A stretch of 64,000 bases of DNA, taken from positions 74,524-138,523 of the forward strand of contig JANRIL010000040.1 in NCBI GenBank assembly GCA_033764955.1, written 5' to 3'. The notes below the pieces were generated by a model. It worked only from the letters and a program-made list of their open reading frames with translations, was not told the origin of the DNA and did not search any database. Of the stretch, positions 1 to 12,048 are shown piece after piece. The position numbers were made by a program, and so were the translations under genes. Positions within the stretch are counted from its first letter, which is position 1. Each line of letters begins with the position of its first letter. The stretch is from Cyanobacteriota bacterium. Its GTDB lineage: Bacteria; Cyanobacteriota; Cyanobacteriia; Thermostichales; Thermostichaceae.

Positions 1-1
1 A

Positions 2-310
2 CCGACAGACAAAATAGCTGAATTTTGTCACAAATGGCAGGTAACCGAATTTGCTCTGTTTGGTTCTATTCTACGCAATGACTTTCGCCCGGAGAGCAAC
101 ATTGATGTGATGGTGCAATTTCGCCCAGAGGCACACCCCACCTTTCATGCCCTAGACCAGATAGAAGCAGAGTTGCCAACCATTTTTTGTCGAGAGGTTA
201 ACCTGCTTACCCGGCAGGGGATTGAAACTAGCCGCAACTACTTACATCGCCACGAAATTCTTTCCTCAGCCCAGGTGATTTATGCAGCGGGATCTTCAAT
301 TTCTACTTGA
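2..310 (+). CDS. MNT-type minimal nucleotidyltransferase antitoxin, 5' end outside the window
   Basis: The frame from position 2 reads PTDKIAEFCHKWQVTEFALFGSILRNDFRPESNIDVMV..., the LFGS-x-R-x-DF-x3-S(D)IDV motif. The first catalytic Asp reads Asn. Confidence 0.8.
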   Translation, partial: PTDKIAEFCHKWQVTEFALFGSILRNDFRPESNIDVMVQFRPEAHPTFHALDQIEAELPTIFCREVNLLTRQGIETSRNYLHRHEILSSAQVIYAAGSSIST

Positions 311-371
311 TATGCTGCAATCCCCAGAACTAATCCTGGCTTACACAGCAAAGTCGCACCTGGCAGCATGA
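282..371 (+). pseudogene. Truncated HEPN/DUF86-type toxin remnant
   Basis: MQRDLQFLLDMLQSPELILAYT... overlaps the MNT 3' end as a DUF86 partner would, but stops after 29 codons. Confidence 0.6.
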
Positions 372-453
372 AGCCTGCAACTATCAAGAGATAACCTGTT
401 GAAGGCAAAAATTATTGGTGGCGGATGAGCTAAGCCGCTATGCATCTAAATAC

Positions 454-469
454 ATAGACTAGAATCTAT
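454..469. promoter_or_regulatory. NdhR/CcmR-type LysR operator ATAG-N8-CTAT
   Basis: ATAGactagaatCTAT about 90 bp upstream of ndhF3, a known NdhR target operon. Confidence 0.7.
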
Positions 470-556
470 CCGTCAAATAGCATCTTTTGATTTTTATCTA
501 TGTAGCTTTCGCCGTAAGATGACGGAGAGTTAGCCGTGACAACGTAAACATCCACC

Positions 557-2392
557 ATGAGCCACTTCTTATTGAATACCGTCGGTTGGATCCCACTTTA
601 TGCCCTAATCGGTAGTTTGGGAGCTTTACCCTGGTCTCCAGGAGTTACCCGCAAAACGGGGCCACGTCCTGCTGGATATATCAATGCCTTGATGACGTTG
701 CTAGCCTTTTTGCATAGTTTGGGGGCTTTAATCGCTATCTGGGGGCAATCGGCCTATACCGTTGAGGTGACCTGGTTGCAGGTGGCGGATCTGCGTTTGG
801 GGATCCCGATTATGGTCTCCTCAGTAACCTTGGGGGCTTGTCTCTTGGTGACCGGGCTGAATTTGCTGGCTCAGATATTCGGCTTTGGCTATATGGAGAT
901 GGACTGGGGCTGGGCACGCTTCTATGCTCTCCTGGGGTTATTTGAGGGGGGCATGTGTGCCTTAGTCCTCTGCGATTCGCTGTTTTTTAGCTACATGATC
1001 CTAGAGATTTTGACCCTAGGGACTTATCTGTTGGTGGGGCTTTGGTTCAATCAGCCCTTGGTGGTGACGGGGGCACGGGATGCATTTTTGACGAAGCGGG
1101 TGGGAGATTTGTTCCTGCTCATGGGGGTGTTAGCGATTTATCCCCTGACAGGAACCTGGAATTTTTCAGAGCTAGCTCAATGGGCAGAAACCGCTCAGGT
1201 GGATCCCGCCCTGATGACCTGGGTAGGATTAGCGCTTTTGGCTGGTCCGATGGGGAAATGTGCTCAGTTCCCTCTCCATCTCTGGTTGGATGAAGCGATG
1301 GAAGGCCCTTTGCCCTCGACGATCTTGCGAAATTCGGTGGTGGTGGCGACAGGGGCTTGGGTGTTGGTCAAGCTGGAACCTGTCTTTGCCCTCTCTCCGA
1401 CGGTGCATTGGGTGGTGATCGGGATAGGTCTGGTGACCGCCATTGGGGGATCCCTGGTGGCAATGGCGCAGATTGATATTAAGCGGGCGCTTTCTTATTC
1501 CGTCAGTGCCTATATGGGGCTAACCTTTATTGCTGTGGGATGTGGACAACCGGACTTAGCTCTGCAACTGGTGTTGACCTATGCGGTAGCGATGGCTCTT
1601 TTAGTGATGAGTGTGGGAGGGGTGATTTGGAATAGTATCACTCAGGATCTACGGCAATATGGCGGATTGTGGTCACGCCGACCGATTTCTGGTTTGTCAT
1701 TTGTGGTTGGGGCTGTCGGGATGTTGGCTTGTCCTCCACTGGGAACGTTTTGGGTGCTGGTACAACTGGCGGATCAAATCAGTGTTTACTATCCCTGGTT
1801 AGCTGCTTTGTTAGTTGGAATTAATGGCTTGACGGCATTTAGTTTGATGCGGGTTTTTAGCCTGATTTGGGGGGGTAAGCCCAAACAAATGACCGAGCGC
1901 TCTCCCGAAATTCACTGGCCGATGGCACTGCCCATGACGATTTTACTGGGCTTTACGGTGCATGTACCCATGCTATTAGCCAGTTGGAATTTGTTACCCG
2001 ACTTCCAGCTTGTTACCCATCCAGTCGGTATTTTACTGATAATCTCAAATGCAGTAGGAATAGGGTTAGCGGGTTTGATTTTCCTGAATGAGCGAATTCA
2101 GAAACCTTTGCAACTAAGATTCATCACTGATCTGCAAGATTTATTGGCTCAAGATTTTTATACCCAGCAACTTTACAGAGCGAGTGTGGTTTGGGTTGTG
2201 GACTGGATTTCTCAAGCAGTGGCTTATTTAGATCGAGTTTTAGTAGATGGTTTAGTCAATTTAGTGGGAGTATTGTCAGTTTTTTCAGGACAAACTCTCA
2301 AATATACGGTGTCTGGCCAATCTCAGCTTTATCTCTTAGCAATTCCTCTGGGGGTTATCCTAATTATCTTGGTGGCTTTTGGCTCTATCTAA
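557..2392 (+). CDS. ndhF3: NDH-1(3) subunit F3 (inducible CO2 uptake)
   Basis: NuoL/ND5-family membrane protein (GKCAQFPLHLWLDEAMEGP), N-terminus with RKTGPRPAGYIN, first gene before ndhD and cupA. Confidence 0.92.
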   Translation: MSHFLLNTVGWIPLYALIGSLGALPWSPGVTRKTGPRPAGYINALMTLLAFLHSLGALIAIWGQSAYTVEVTWLQVADLRLGIPIMVSSVTLGACLLVTGLNLLAQIFGFGYMEMDWGWARFYALLGLFEGGMCALVLCDSLFFSYMILEILTLGTYLLVGLWFNQPLVVTGARDAFLTKRVGDLFLLMGVLAIYPLTGTWNFSELAQWAETAQVDPALMTWVGLALLAGPMGKCAQFPLHLWLDEAMEGPLPSTILRNSVVVATGAWVLVKLEPVFALSPTVHWVVIGIGLVTAIGGSLVAMAQIDIKRALSYSVSAYMGLTFIAVGCGQPDLALQLVLTYAVAMALLVMSVGGVIWNSITQDLRQYGGLWSRRPISGLSFVVGAVGMLACPPLGTFWVLVQLADQISVYYPWLAALLVGINGLTAFSLMRVFSLIWGGKPKQMTERSPEIHWPMALPMTILLGFTVHVPMLLASWNLLPDFQLVTHPVGILLIISNAVGIGLAGLIFLNERIQKPLQLRFITDLQDLLAQDFYTQQLYRASVVWVVDWISQAVAYLDRVLVDGLVNLVGVLSVFSGQTLKYTVSGQSQLYLLAIPLGVILIILVAFGSI

Positions 2393-2444
2393 GTCCTGTT
2401 TTGCTTGAAAAATTCCTCATTCCCCATGACAAGGAGATAATGCC

Positions 2445-3989
2445 ATGTTGAGTGGTTTACTTTGGATCCCAATTGTTGGAGCCACTTTGCTGGGATTCTG
2501 GCCGGGATCCCTGACTTTTCAGCAAACTCGTCGCTTAGGGTTAGTATTTGCAACTGGATTGACTGTCTGGACAGTATTCCTCTTTGGTCAATTTGATTTG
2601 ACGCAGGGGGGATTGCAAATGCGTGAGTTTATGCCCTGGATCCCTATGTTGGGTATGAACTATGAATTGGGTGTGGATGGTTTATCGCTGCCATTGTTAG
2701 CCGTCAACAGTGGCTTGACCTGGATTGCCATCTATGGAACGGGAGAAAAGCTAATTCGACCTCGTTTGTTCTATTCCCTTCTTTTATTAGTCAATGGAGC
2801 TGTTGCCGGAGCTTTTCTTGCCCAAAATGCCTTGCTTTTCTTCCTGTTTTATGAGATCGAGTTGGTTCCTTTTTATCTGCTCATTTCGATTTGGGGAGGT
2901 CCACGACGGGGGTATGCAGCCATCAAGTTTCTCCTCTACACTGCTGTCTCCGGTATTTTAATGTTAGCCGGATTCTTAGGGCTGTTCTGGTTAGCAGATT
3001 TACCCAGTTTTGATTATCAAACTTTGCAATCTCAGGTGCTGCCTCTGGGATCCCAAATGGTTTTACTGTTAACTCTCTTGGTTGCTTTTGGCATTAAGAT
3101 TCCTCTGGTTCCTTTTCATACTTGGTTGCCCGACGCCTATACGGAAGCCTCTGCTCCAGTAGCCATGATTTTGGGGGGGGTCTTAGCCAAATTAGGAACC
3201 TATGGATTGGTGCGATTTTGCTTGGGCTTCTTTCCGGATGCCTGGTCAGCACTGGCTCCCAATCTTTCTATTTGGGCAGTGGTTTGTGTCTTGGGGGGAG
3301 CATTCGCTGCTATTGCTCAAAAAGATATCAAACGGATGGTTGCCTACAGTTCTGTGGGTCACATGGGCTATGTGTTGTTGGGTTGTGCAGCCGCTACTCC
3401 GCTATCTATCGTGGGGGCAATTGCTCAGATGGTTAGTCATGGTTTTGTCCTAGCTTTGCTATTTCACTTGGTAGGGGTGATTGAAGAAAAAGTGGGCACG
3501 CGGGAGCTGGATGTTTTGAACGGTCTCCTCAACCCAATTCGGGGGCTACCCATGATTAGTGGTTTACTGATTTTGGGGGGAATGGCCAGTGCTGGGATCC
3601 CTGGATTGGTGGCCTTTGTCGCAGAATTTCTAGTTTTTCAGGGCAGCTACTCCATATTCCCGTTGCAAACCATTTTGTGTGTGGTTGGCACTGGTTTAAC
3701 GGCAGTTTATTTTGTGATTTTGTTGAATCGAACTTGCTTTGGAAAACTGGATAATAAAACTGCTTATTACCCACAGGTGATGGGGTGGGAGCAAACGCCT
3801 GCTATTCTCCTGACCTTAGTTATTTTTATCTTAGGTGTTCAACCCAATTGGTTGGTGAAGTGGAGTGAGCCTTTTTCTTATCAATTGAGCACTCATACTC
3901 CTCAATTAGTCAGCCATTGGATCCCACCTGTTATGGGTAAAAAGTTAGAAAATACTCCCATCATGATCGCTGAGGATCCATTACTTTGA
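2445..3989 (+). CDS. ndhD3: NDH-1(3) subunit D3
   Basis: NuoM/ND4 family (KIPLVPFHTWLPDAY, KRMVAYSSVGHMG), located between ndhF3 and cupA. Confidence 0.92.
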   Translation: MLSGLLWIPIVGATLLGFWPGSLTFQQTRRLGLVFATGLTVWTVFLFGQFDLTQGGLQMREFMPWIPMLGMNYELGVDGLSLPLLAVNSGLTWIAIYGTGEKLIRPRLFYSLLLLVNGAVAGAFLAQNALLFFLFYEIELVPFYLLISIWGGPRRGYAAIKFLLYTAVSGILMLAGFLGLFWLADLPSFDYQTLQSQVLPLGSQMVLLLTLLVAFGIKIPLVPFHTWLPDAYTEASAPVAMILGGVLAKLGTYGLVRFCLGFFPDAWSALAPNLSIWAVVCVLGGAFAAIAQKDIKRMVAYSSVGHMGYVLLGCAAATPLSIVGAIAQMVSHGFVLALLFHLVGVIEEKVGTRELDVLNGLLNPIRGLPMISGLLILGGMASAGIPGLVAFVAEFLVFQGSYSIFPLQTILCVVGTGLTAVYFVILLNRTCFGKLDNKTAYYPQVMGWEQTPAILLTLVIFILGVQPNWLVKWSEPFSYQLSTHTPQLVSHWIPPVMGKKLENTPIMIAEDPLL

Positions 3990-4053
3990 TAGCAAGACGG
4001 ATAAAGTCCTCCTAAATTGTTTCCTCAACTAATGACTGGTAAGGATAGAACTC

Positions 4054-5370
4054 ATGGTACAAACAATCGCTAAACCCACTCAAAAACTCCCTCCCTCCCG
4101 ACATCCTTTTGCTGAAGTGGTTCACCGCCTTGAGGCGGGTGGGGCAATGCTGCCGGATACTCCCGAAAATTTAATGCAAATTATTGGGCTTTATAAAGCC
4201 TATGCTGTGCCAATGGACTTTTATTGGCGGGATCTCCTCTATATCGCTGAGCGAGTTTTTCTGGATCCGTTACCATTTTTTAAGTTCTTCTTACCCAAAG
4301 AGTATATTGAACTGCATAACCATTATGCGGGAGATGATGCGGATCTGCGGATTTGGCGAGGGCCAGCTACCGCTCACCCAGAATTGATCGAGTTTATGGA
4401 GAAGGGTGAATTAAACCGCAAGCTTCCCAAGATAGTTCATCATCTTTGGCATGACCGCATCAATATGGAGTTTGCAGAAGAATGTATGCGGGCTATGCTT
4501 TGGCATCGCGATATGGGTGGGCTTTTTGACCCTTATTTAGATAGTGACGAATACAAGCAAAATGCAGATCGAGCTATTCGGGCATACTTTCGATATAATC
4601 CGCTCATGTTAGGACTTTATCGACTATTCCCTGACTTATTTTTAGAGCAATGTCGGCAAATGTCTTATTATGCCAACTTGGGTTTGTTCTGGGAAATCAT
4701 GGCTCCTGTCTTTTTTGAGATGTCTGATCTCTACGATGAAGGCAAGATTGCAAGTGTGCCGGAAGCTATGAATTTTTTGGTGAATGGGATTTTTGCAATT
4801 GCAGGACGACCTATTTATCATCATGTTTATATTCGGGGAGAATGCTATGAAATTATCCCGAAATCAAAAGGATTCACATGGCTTTACGAAGCTGCTTTTC
4901 CCTATGTAGAAGCCGTCTTTTACCGTACCTCCCCCTTCCGTGGCACCAAATCCTATAATGCTCAAGCAAATCAAGTTCCGGCGGATCAAAATGATTTTCA
5001 CTACGGCATTCTTTATGCTGACAAGTTTCCTGTAGCGACTGCCGGGATCCCTCCCACACTGCTGCATCAAGATATGTATCACTTCTTACCCAAGTATTTA
5101 GTGGATTACTATAGCCAGCATTGCCGAGGAAAGGATGATATGTTGATCCAGTTGGGAGTCAGCTTTCAACGCTCGATGTATTGTGTTACCTCTGCCGTAA
5201 TTCAAGCAGGTCGAGCTGCCTTTTTGTATCCTCTAGATGATCCTAACCCTGATCATTTGCGAGCAAATCGAGCTTATTTTGAAGGCCAGCTTAATCGGTT
5301 TTGTCGCTCGGAATATAATATTCGTGATGCTGCCCGTCTGAGTTATATTCAAAATCAGGACTACCGATAA
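4054..5370 (+). CDS. cupA: CO2 hydration protein CupA (ChpY)
   Basis: HPFAEVVHRLEAGGAMLPDTPENLMQIIG and HLWHDRINMEFAE motifs; 438 aa is CupA length. Confidence 0.93.
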   Translation: MVQTIAKPTQKLPPSRHPFAEVVHRLEAGGAMLPDTPENLMQIIGLYKAYAVPMDFYWRDLLYIAERVFLDPLPFFKFFLPKEYIELHNHYAGDDADLRIWRGPATAHPELIEFMEKGELNRKLPKIVHHLWHDRINMEFAEECMRAMLWHRDMGGLFDPYLDSDEYKQNADRAIRAYFRYNPLMLGLYRLFPDLFLEQCRQMSYYANLGLFWEIMAPVFFEMSDLYDEGKIASVPEAMNFLVNGIFAIAGRPIYHHVYIRGECYEIIPKSKGFTWLYEAAFPYVEAVFYRTSPFRGTKSYNAQANQVPADQNDFHYGILYADKFPVATAGIPPTLLHQDMYHFLPKYLVDYYSQHCRGKDDMLIQLGVSFQRSMYCVTSAVIQAGRAAFLYPLDDPNPDHLRANRAYFEGQLNRFCRSEYNIRDAARLSYIQNQDYR

Positions 5371-5408
5371 TAAATCCTCCTCATTGAATAGCATTTTGAT
5401 AGAAACAT

Positions 5409-5441
5409 AAAAAAGAGGGATATCAATGATTCCCTCTTTTT
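5409..5441. terminator. Bidirectional intrinsic terminator between convergent cupA and cupS
   Basis: AAAAAAGAGGGA-tatcaatgat-TCCCTCTTTTT stem with A and T tracts on either side. Confidence 0.75.
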
Positions 5442-5501
5442 ACTTTAATCCATTTAATTGATTAAGAATGAGGAGACGTTGAGCTGCAACATACGGCTAT
5501 T

Positions 5502-5960
5502 CTAAAAGCGAGCCATGGATGCTTCGCCACTTGCCATAATTCCAGCAAACCAATGGGGACGCATCAGAATGACAGTATCAATAACATGAATAACCCCATT
5601 GTCGGCTTCGATATCTGGGGCAATTACGGTGGCGTTATTCACCTCAAAGAGATCAGAAGTCACATGCAAGTCAATAGTGGTTCCCTCCAGCGAGGTAAGA
5701 GTTTTCAAAGATAGCAAATCTACCCTTTTATAGCGACCCGAAACTACATGGAAGCAAAGAATGCGAGAAAGCTGAGGGATATTTTGAACAAGAGTTGTGA
5801 TCGTTCCCGGAGGTAGTTTGGCAAATGCCTGATCATTAGGGGCAAATACAGTAAATGGGCCAGGACTCTTGAGTGCACCCACTAAATCAGCCGCTTTGAC
5901 TGCCGTTACTAAGGTTTCAAAGCTACCCGCGCCTACCGCAATATCAACAATATCTGGCAT
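5502..5960 (-). CDS. cupS: Fasciclin-domain protein CupS
   Basis: MPDIVDIAV...[31 protein letters not shown]...[11 protein letters not shown] (FAS1), adjacent to cupA. Confidence 0.85.
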   Translation of the reverse strand: MPDIVDIAVGAGSFETLVTAVKAADLVGALKSPGPFTVFAPNDQAFAKLPPGTITTLVQNIPQLSRILCFHVVSGRYKRVDLLSLKTLTSLEGTTIDLHVTSDLFEVNNATVIAPDIEADNGVIHVIDTVILMRPHWFAGIMASGEASMARF

Positions 5961-6449
5961 AGTTATTTTAGAGGATTGGGATCCCTTTTATTTTACTGGA
6001 TCTCAAAATATTCTGATAGCTCATTCTTTTCTTCATCTATCAATCAGTACTAATCTTCTCTCAAACACAGATGTTCAATCAAAACTTGATAGCGTGTATA
6101 TGAGCTTGGAAAAATTTCTGAACTCTGATTCTATCCTTGGGATCCTCATGATTTGAGAAAATGGGTAGTGCCCTATAGGTAATGTTGACAAACTCAGCAA
6201 GGCACTTGTTGAGAATAAACGAAGTCTACGCCCCTTATTCCAGGTTATTGATTCTCAATACAGCCCTTTCGACGATCATCAAGTACGGATGTATTCCCCT
6301 TGCCTTCTGGAGGAAGAGATGGGAGTGAGGGCTGTGCTATTCAATTATAAAGATCACATGGGGGATGAAACAGCCATGGGATCCCCTGCCTCCAAATACG
6401 CACACATTGGTAGGTAAGGGGATCCCAATTCTATCGGGTTTATGCAGGA

Positions 6450-8114
<1,665 letters not shown>

Positions 8115-8143
8115 TTAATCCATCCTGAGCCGTAGCGGCGATC

Positions 8144-8170
8144 TTAGCACTCTGGGTGTTCGAGTGCTAA
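8144..8170. promoter_or_regulatory. CIRCE element (HrcA operator)
   Basis: Perfect TTAGCACTC-N9-GAGTGCTAA about 30 bp upstream of the groEL start. Confidence 0.97.
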
Positions 8171-8239
8171 TTTATCGCAAGTGCGGCGGTAAGAGCAACC
8201 TGTTGGGAAGGGATCAATAAAGCTAGGAGCAGCCTCAGA

Positions 8240-8539
8240 CTAGGAATTTCCCCCAAACAAAACCTCAGGAAATTTGAGTTGAGCCTCCGCCATAGGGCGA
8301 TTGCGCCCTTCACTTTGCCAGTAGTTGATCACTTCTGTGGCCTTGTTGAGCAATTCCACACGTTCGGATTCTGAGATCCAGCTTTTGGCTTCTAACTCGG
8401 CTTTGAGTTGTTCCCAGGCGTCATCTCGTGGCCAGAAAAAGTAATGGGTGAGGGGACTGCGGTTTTTGGCCACCAACTGATCGACCGCAATCGCCAGATC
8501 TTTTTCTAACCAGAGCGCTTTGAGGGCAAATTTGGGCAC
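8240..8539 (-). CDS. ycf65: 30S ribosomal protein PSRP-3 / Ycf65
   Basis: [10 protein letters not shown]...[28 protein letters not shown] signature. Confidence 0.9.
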   Translation of the reverse strand: MPKFALKALWLEKDLAIAVDQLVAKNRSPLTHYFFWPRDDAWEQLKAELEAKSWISESERVELLNKATEVINYWQSEGRNRPMAEAQLKFPEVLFGGNS

Positions 8540-8663
8540 GGGATCCTCTTAGGGTGAAAGGGTTATTTTTGAGCATTGATCATCTTACCTGATCTGAGGA
8601 TCCGCTTCTAGATCTCTGGCCGAATATGCTGGCGGGATCCTCTGGCGAGAGACAGTACCATCT

Positions 8664-9779
8664 TCAGGGGTGCAAGAACTGATTCTGCGCCGCCAAGCCA
8701 TCGATCCACTGTTGATGGGCGGGTTTGGGTTCTAGATTTTCGTCATAGAAACAGGGATCCGCCAACGGGGAGGTGTTTTCTGAGGGAGGCGTCTCCAGCC
8801 AGGAATAGGGATCTGCTAACCCCCACACACTCAGGGTGTCTACTCCCGCTTCTAGAGCCGCTTGCAAAACGGTCTGGTAAATCTGGGCTTGTTGCTCAAA
8901 ACGTTCGGCTTGCGTACCCGCCACTGCCCGCATGTCCACATCTAGCTCCGTAATGTAGACGGGGATCCCGTAGGAGCGCATGGTTTGCACCAGATCCGAT
9001 TGAGAGGGAGGTTCGGAGCCGTTGAGGTGCATCTGTAACCCAACCCCATCAATCAAGCCTTTACGCCGTAAGCGTTGCACAATTTGGCGGGTTTGGCGGG
9101 TGTTACTACCACTGGCGGTTTCGTTAGCAAAGTCGTTATAGAGCAAAATCGCCTGCGGATCCTGTTGTCGAGCCATGGCAAACGCTTGATCCACATAGTC
9201 AAAGCCCACCTTTTCCCGAAAAAAGTCACCTGGGCTGTAAGCCTCATTCACCACAATCCAGGTATTGATGCGACCCTCAAACTGAGTCATCACCTGCTGG
9301 ATGTGATTTTGCATCAGCCCAAGAGTTTGTCGGCGGTTCCACCTGCCATTGCTAAGCCAATCGGGCAAAACTTCTCGGTTTCCCCAAACGATGACATGTC
9401 CAAACACTTTTTGTTGAGCAGCCTCAGCCAGTCCTAGTAACCGTTCTTGCTCAGCAAAGGTATAGACATCGGGTTCTGGATTGACGCTAAACCAATACAC
9501 CTCCAAAAAACCAAAGTTGAATTGTTCGGCAGCAATCTCCCCAATTCTGGGATCCGGCCATCCATAGGAGTCTGACAACACATTTCCCACCGCAATCCCC
9601 AAGGGATCCGCCAAGGAACGTAAAGTGGCTGACTCGCGGCTGTTCAGTGCCACAGGATTGTCTGCCAAAACCGTGGGTGGAGATAAAGCTGTCGAGGATT
9701 CTCCACAACCCAGCACACTGAATGCGGATCCGCAGATCAAGCAAGACAAAACCAGAGAAGCATACTTCAATCTATTCAC
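8664..9779 (-). CDS. GH10 endo-1,4-beta-xylanase-like protein, probable lipoprotein
   Basis: GHVIVW, WIVVNEA (acid/base Glu), LLYNDF, GVGLQMH, IYITELD (nucleophile Glu); signal peptide ending VLGC. Confidence 0.85.
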   Translation of the reverse strand: MNRLKYASLVLSCLICGSAFSVLGCGESSTALSPPTVLADNPVALNSRESATLRSLADPLGIAVGNVLSDSYGWPDPRIGEIAAEQFNFGFLEVYWFSVNPEPDVYTFAEQERLLGLAEAAQQKVFGHVIVWGNREVLPDWLSNGRWNRRQTLGLMQNHIQQVMTQFEGRINTWIVVNEAYSPGDFFREKVGFDYVDQAFAMARQQDPQAILLYNDFANETASGSNTRQTRQIVQRLRRKGLIDGVGLQMHLNGSEPPSQSDLVQTMRSYGIPVYITELDVDMRAVAGTQAERFEQQAQIYQTVLQAALEAGVDTLSVWGLADPYSWLETPPSENTSPLADPCFYDENLEPKPAHQQWIDGLAAQNQFLHP

Positions 9780-10074
9780 AAATTTTTCCTGAAAGCGTAA
9801 AACTACTGCCCAGCCAGATGGAGGTCACTATCCTGTATTTGGGGAACTTTCAGGGAAGCTAGGTTGACGATCCCCGCCTCTGTGGAGTGGGATCTTCTGA
9901 AACTGAGTATTCCCCTCCCAACCTCACCAGGTAACAGGGGATCCCAACGGCAGATGTTGTCGCCAAGTATTCGACACGTCTAAAATAACGGCGGCCAGAA
10001 AGGCAACCCGATAGGATAAAAAAAAGGGATCCCCTGCCGATCCCTACAGCCACTTACCCACGAGAACCTGCCCC

Positions 10075-10941
10075 ATGCCCCAGCCCCTCACCGACCGCGT
10101 TGTGTTGATTACCGGTGCCTCCGCTGGGATTGGCGAAGCGGTTGCCCTGGCTGCTGCCCAACAAAACCCTCGCCTTGTCTTGGCCTCGCGGCGGGAGGGA
10201 GTGTTGCAGACCATAAAGGATGTCTTGGAGAAACAGGGAGTAGAAGTGCTGATTGTGCCCACCGACATGGGGGATCCCGATCAGGTCAACGCCCTGGCAG
10301 AAAAAGCCCTAGAGCGGTTTGGGCAGGTGGATATTTTGGTGAATAACGCCGGATATGGACAGATGGGACCCATTGAGGAAGTTCCCGAAGCGGCTGTCCG
10401 CCAGCAGTTTGCCGTGAATGTTTTTGGTCTGCTCGGGTTAACCCGTGCCCTCTTGCCCTCTATGCGCCAACGAGGACAGGGACGCATTCTCAACATTAGT
10501 TCTGTGGCTGGTCAGATTTCTATGCCCTTCAGTGGTATCTATAACGCCAGCAAACATGCCGTAGAAGCGATCAGTGATGCGTTGCGGGTGGAAGTGGCTC
10601 CCTTCGGCATCCAGGTGGTCATTATCGAACCTGGCCCCGTCACCACCGACTTTTTTCGGGTTGCCCGTGAGACAACCCTAGCGGTTCGATCCCGCGAGAC
10701 TCCTTATCAATCTCTGGTGGAGGGTCTTGATGACCTGACCGACTCGGTGAAAAACCTAGCATGGCCCGTCGATAGAGTAGCCAAACAAATTCTCAAAGCC
10801 ATGACAGATGATCGCCCCGCTGCCCGTTACACGGCTTTTTCAGGAGGCAAGTTGGGCTTAGGGTTCATGCGAGCCATGCCCGCTGCTCTGGCGGATCGGA
10901 TGTGGACAAAAGCCTATCGCATTGGTTCTCCACCGGCTTAA
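10075..10941 (+). CDS. Short-chain dehydrogenase/reductase
   Basis: TGASAGIG, NNAG and YNASK motifs. Confidence 0.92.
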   Translation: MPQPLTDRVVLITGASAGIGEAVALAAAQQNPRLVLASRREGVLQTIKDVLEKQGVEVLIVPTDMGDPDQVNALAEKALERFGQVDILVNNAGYGQMGPIEEVPEAAVRQQFAVNVFGLLGLTRALLPSMRQRGQGRILNISSVAGQISMPFSGIYNASKHAVEAISDALRVEVAPFGIQVVIIEPGPVTTDFFRVARETTLAVRSRETPYQSLVEGLDDLTDSVKNLAWPVDRVAKQILKAMTDDRPAARYTAFSGGKLGLGFMRAMPAALADRMWTKAYRIGSPPA

Positions 10942-10977
10942 CTGACCGAGAATTTGACGAGTTGGGATCCCCCAAGG

Positions 10978-12048
10978 CTAGCGGGTGGGCAGATCTATCA
11001 CAATATTGGCTAACTCGATATCGTCATAGTCTAAAAGATCGCGGCGCGGGATCCGCGATTCCAGGGGAATGCCGATTCGCAAGTTTCCTCCCAAAAGGGG
11101 GATGCTGACGGGAACTTGCTGTCCACGTTGAGCAATGCTGGGGTGGTAGGTTTTACCGGTACGCAGAATGACCGTATTCAGCCCCACCCGCAGATGGTTG
11201 AGGGGCAGAGGGATCCGCAAATCGTTACCACTCACGGCAATCGTACTCACCTGTACCCCATTGAGTTCCACCGCCAGAGGAGTCATATCCGATTCCACCA
11301 AGCGAGTTTGTCCTGCCCTTGCGGCTTCGGGAGTGTCCAACCCAATCAGCGATCCAATCCGCAGGCTGGGCGGTTGAGTAGGCAGGCGGCTTAAGGAGAA
11401 GGAACGAGTTAATTCGGTTCCCTGGGTTTTGAGGCGAAATTGATCGGCTCCGGCAGAATTGGGGGAGTAGGCATCATCTCCTAGGTGCACCACATCGGTT
11501 TGCAAGAGTAAGGTAGTCGTCGGATCCAAGCGATCCAATTGCAGTTGCAAGCTTTGCCCCTGTTGAGTGGTTTGAGAGTAGGGGACGTAATTTTCCAGTT
11601 TAGCCACTAGAATCTGGTCATCGGGCAGGCTTTCTGGTAGTTGAAACCGCCCTTGGGCATCGGTACGGACGGCTACGCCTGCCCCCGGCACCTCCACCTC
11701 GACGTTGCTGAGGGGCTTACCCGTTAAGCGATCCACCACTTGCCCAGCATAGGCGGAGTTGAGGTTGATCTGGGAATTGGGCTCGCCCGCTATCGCCTGC
11801 ACGCTTTGTTGCACCTGCTGCCAGTCCCGCTCCGTAATCCGCCCATCCCGATCCACATCGGCGGCGGTAATCTGCTGATCGCTCAGGGTGCGGATCCCGC
11901 GTAAATAGTCATCCAAAATCGTCAGATCGGCGGTAGTGACTCGCCCATCTCCATCCAAATCTCCTGGCAAAAACGTTTGGGCACTCGCCACGGTGGGTAC
12001 GAGGATCACGAAGCCACGGATTGCTCTACTTAGCCATTGCCTGCCCAT
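10978..12048 (-). CDS. Secreted protein with a dockerin type I-like domain and a carboxypeptidase-regulatory-like domain
   Basis: Signal peptide (ASA), paired GDLDGDGRVTTADL and ADVDRDGRITERD Ca-binding repeats, then GQVVDRLTGKPLSNVEV...TDAQGRFQL. Confidence 0.8.
   Translation of the reverse strand: MGRQWLSRAIRGFVILVPTVASAQTFLPGDLDGDGRVTTADLTILDDYLRGIRTLSDQQITAADVDRDGRITERDWQQVQQSVQAIAGEPNSQINLNSAYAGQVVDRLTGKPLSNVEVEVPGAGVAVRTDAQGRFQLPESLPDDQILVAKLENYVPYSQTTQQGQSLQLQLDRLDPTTTLLLQTDVVHLGDDAYSPNSAGADQFRLKTQGTELTRSFSLSRLPTQPPSLRIGSLIGLDTPEAARAGQTRLVESDMTPLAVELNGVQVSTIAVSGNDLRIPLPLNHLRVGLNTVILRTGKTYHPSIAQRGQQVPVSIPLLGGNLRIGIPLESRIPRRDLLDYDDIELANIVIDLPTR

Noticed and set aside
8664..12048. A true cellulosome
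   Set aside because: The GH10 protein has no dockerin, and no scaffoldin or cohesin is visible.
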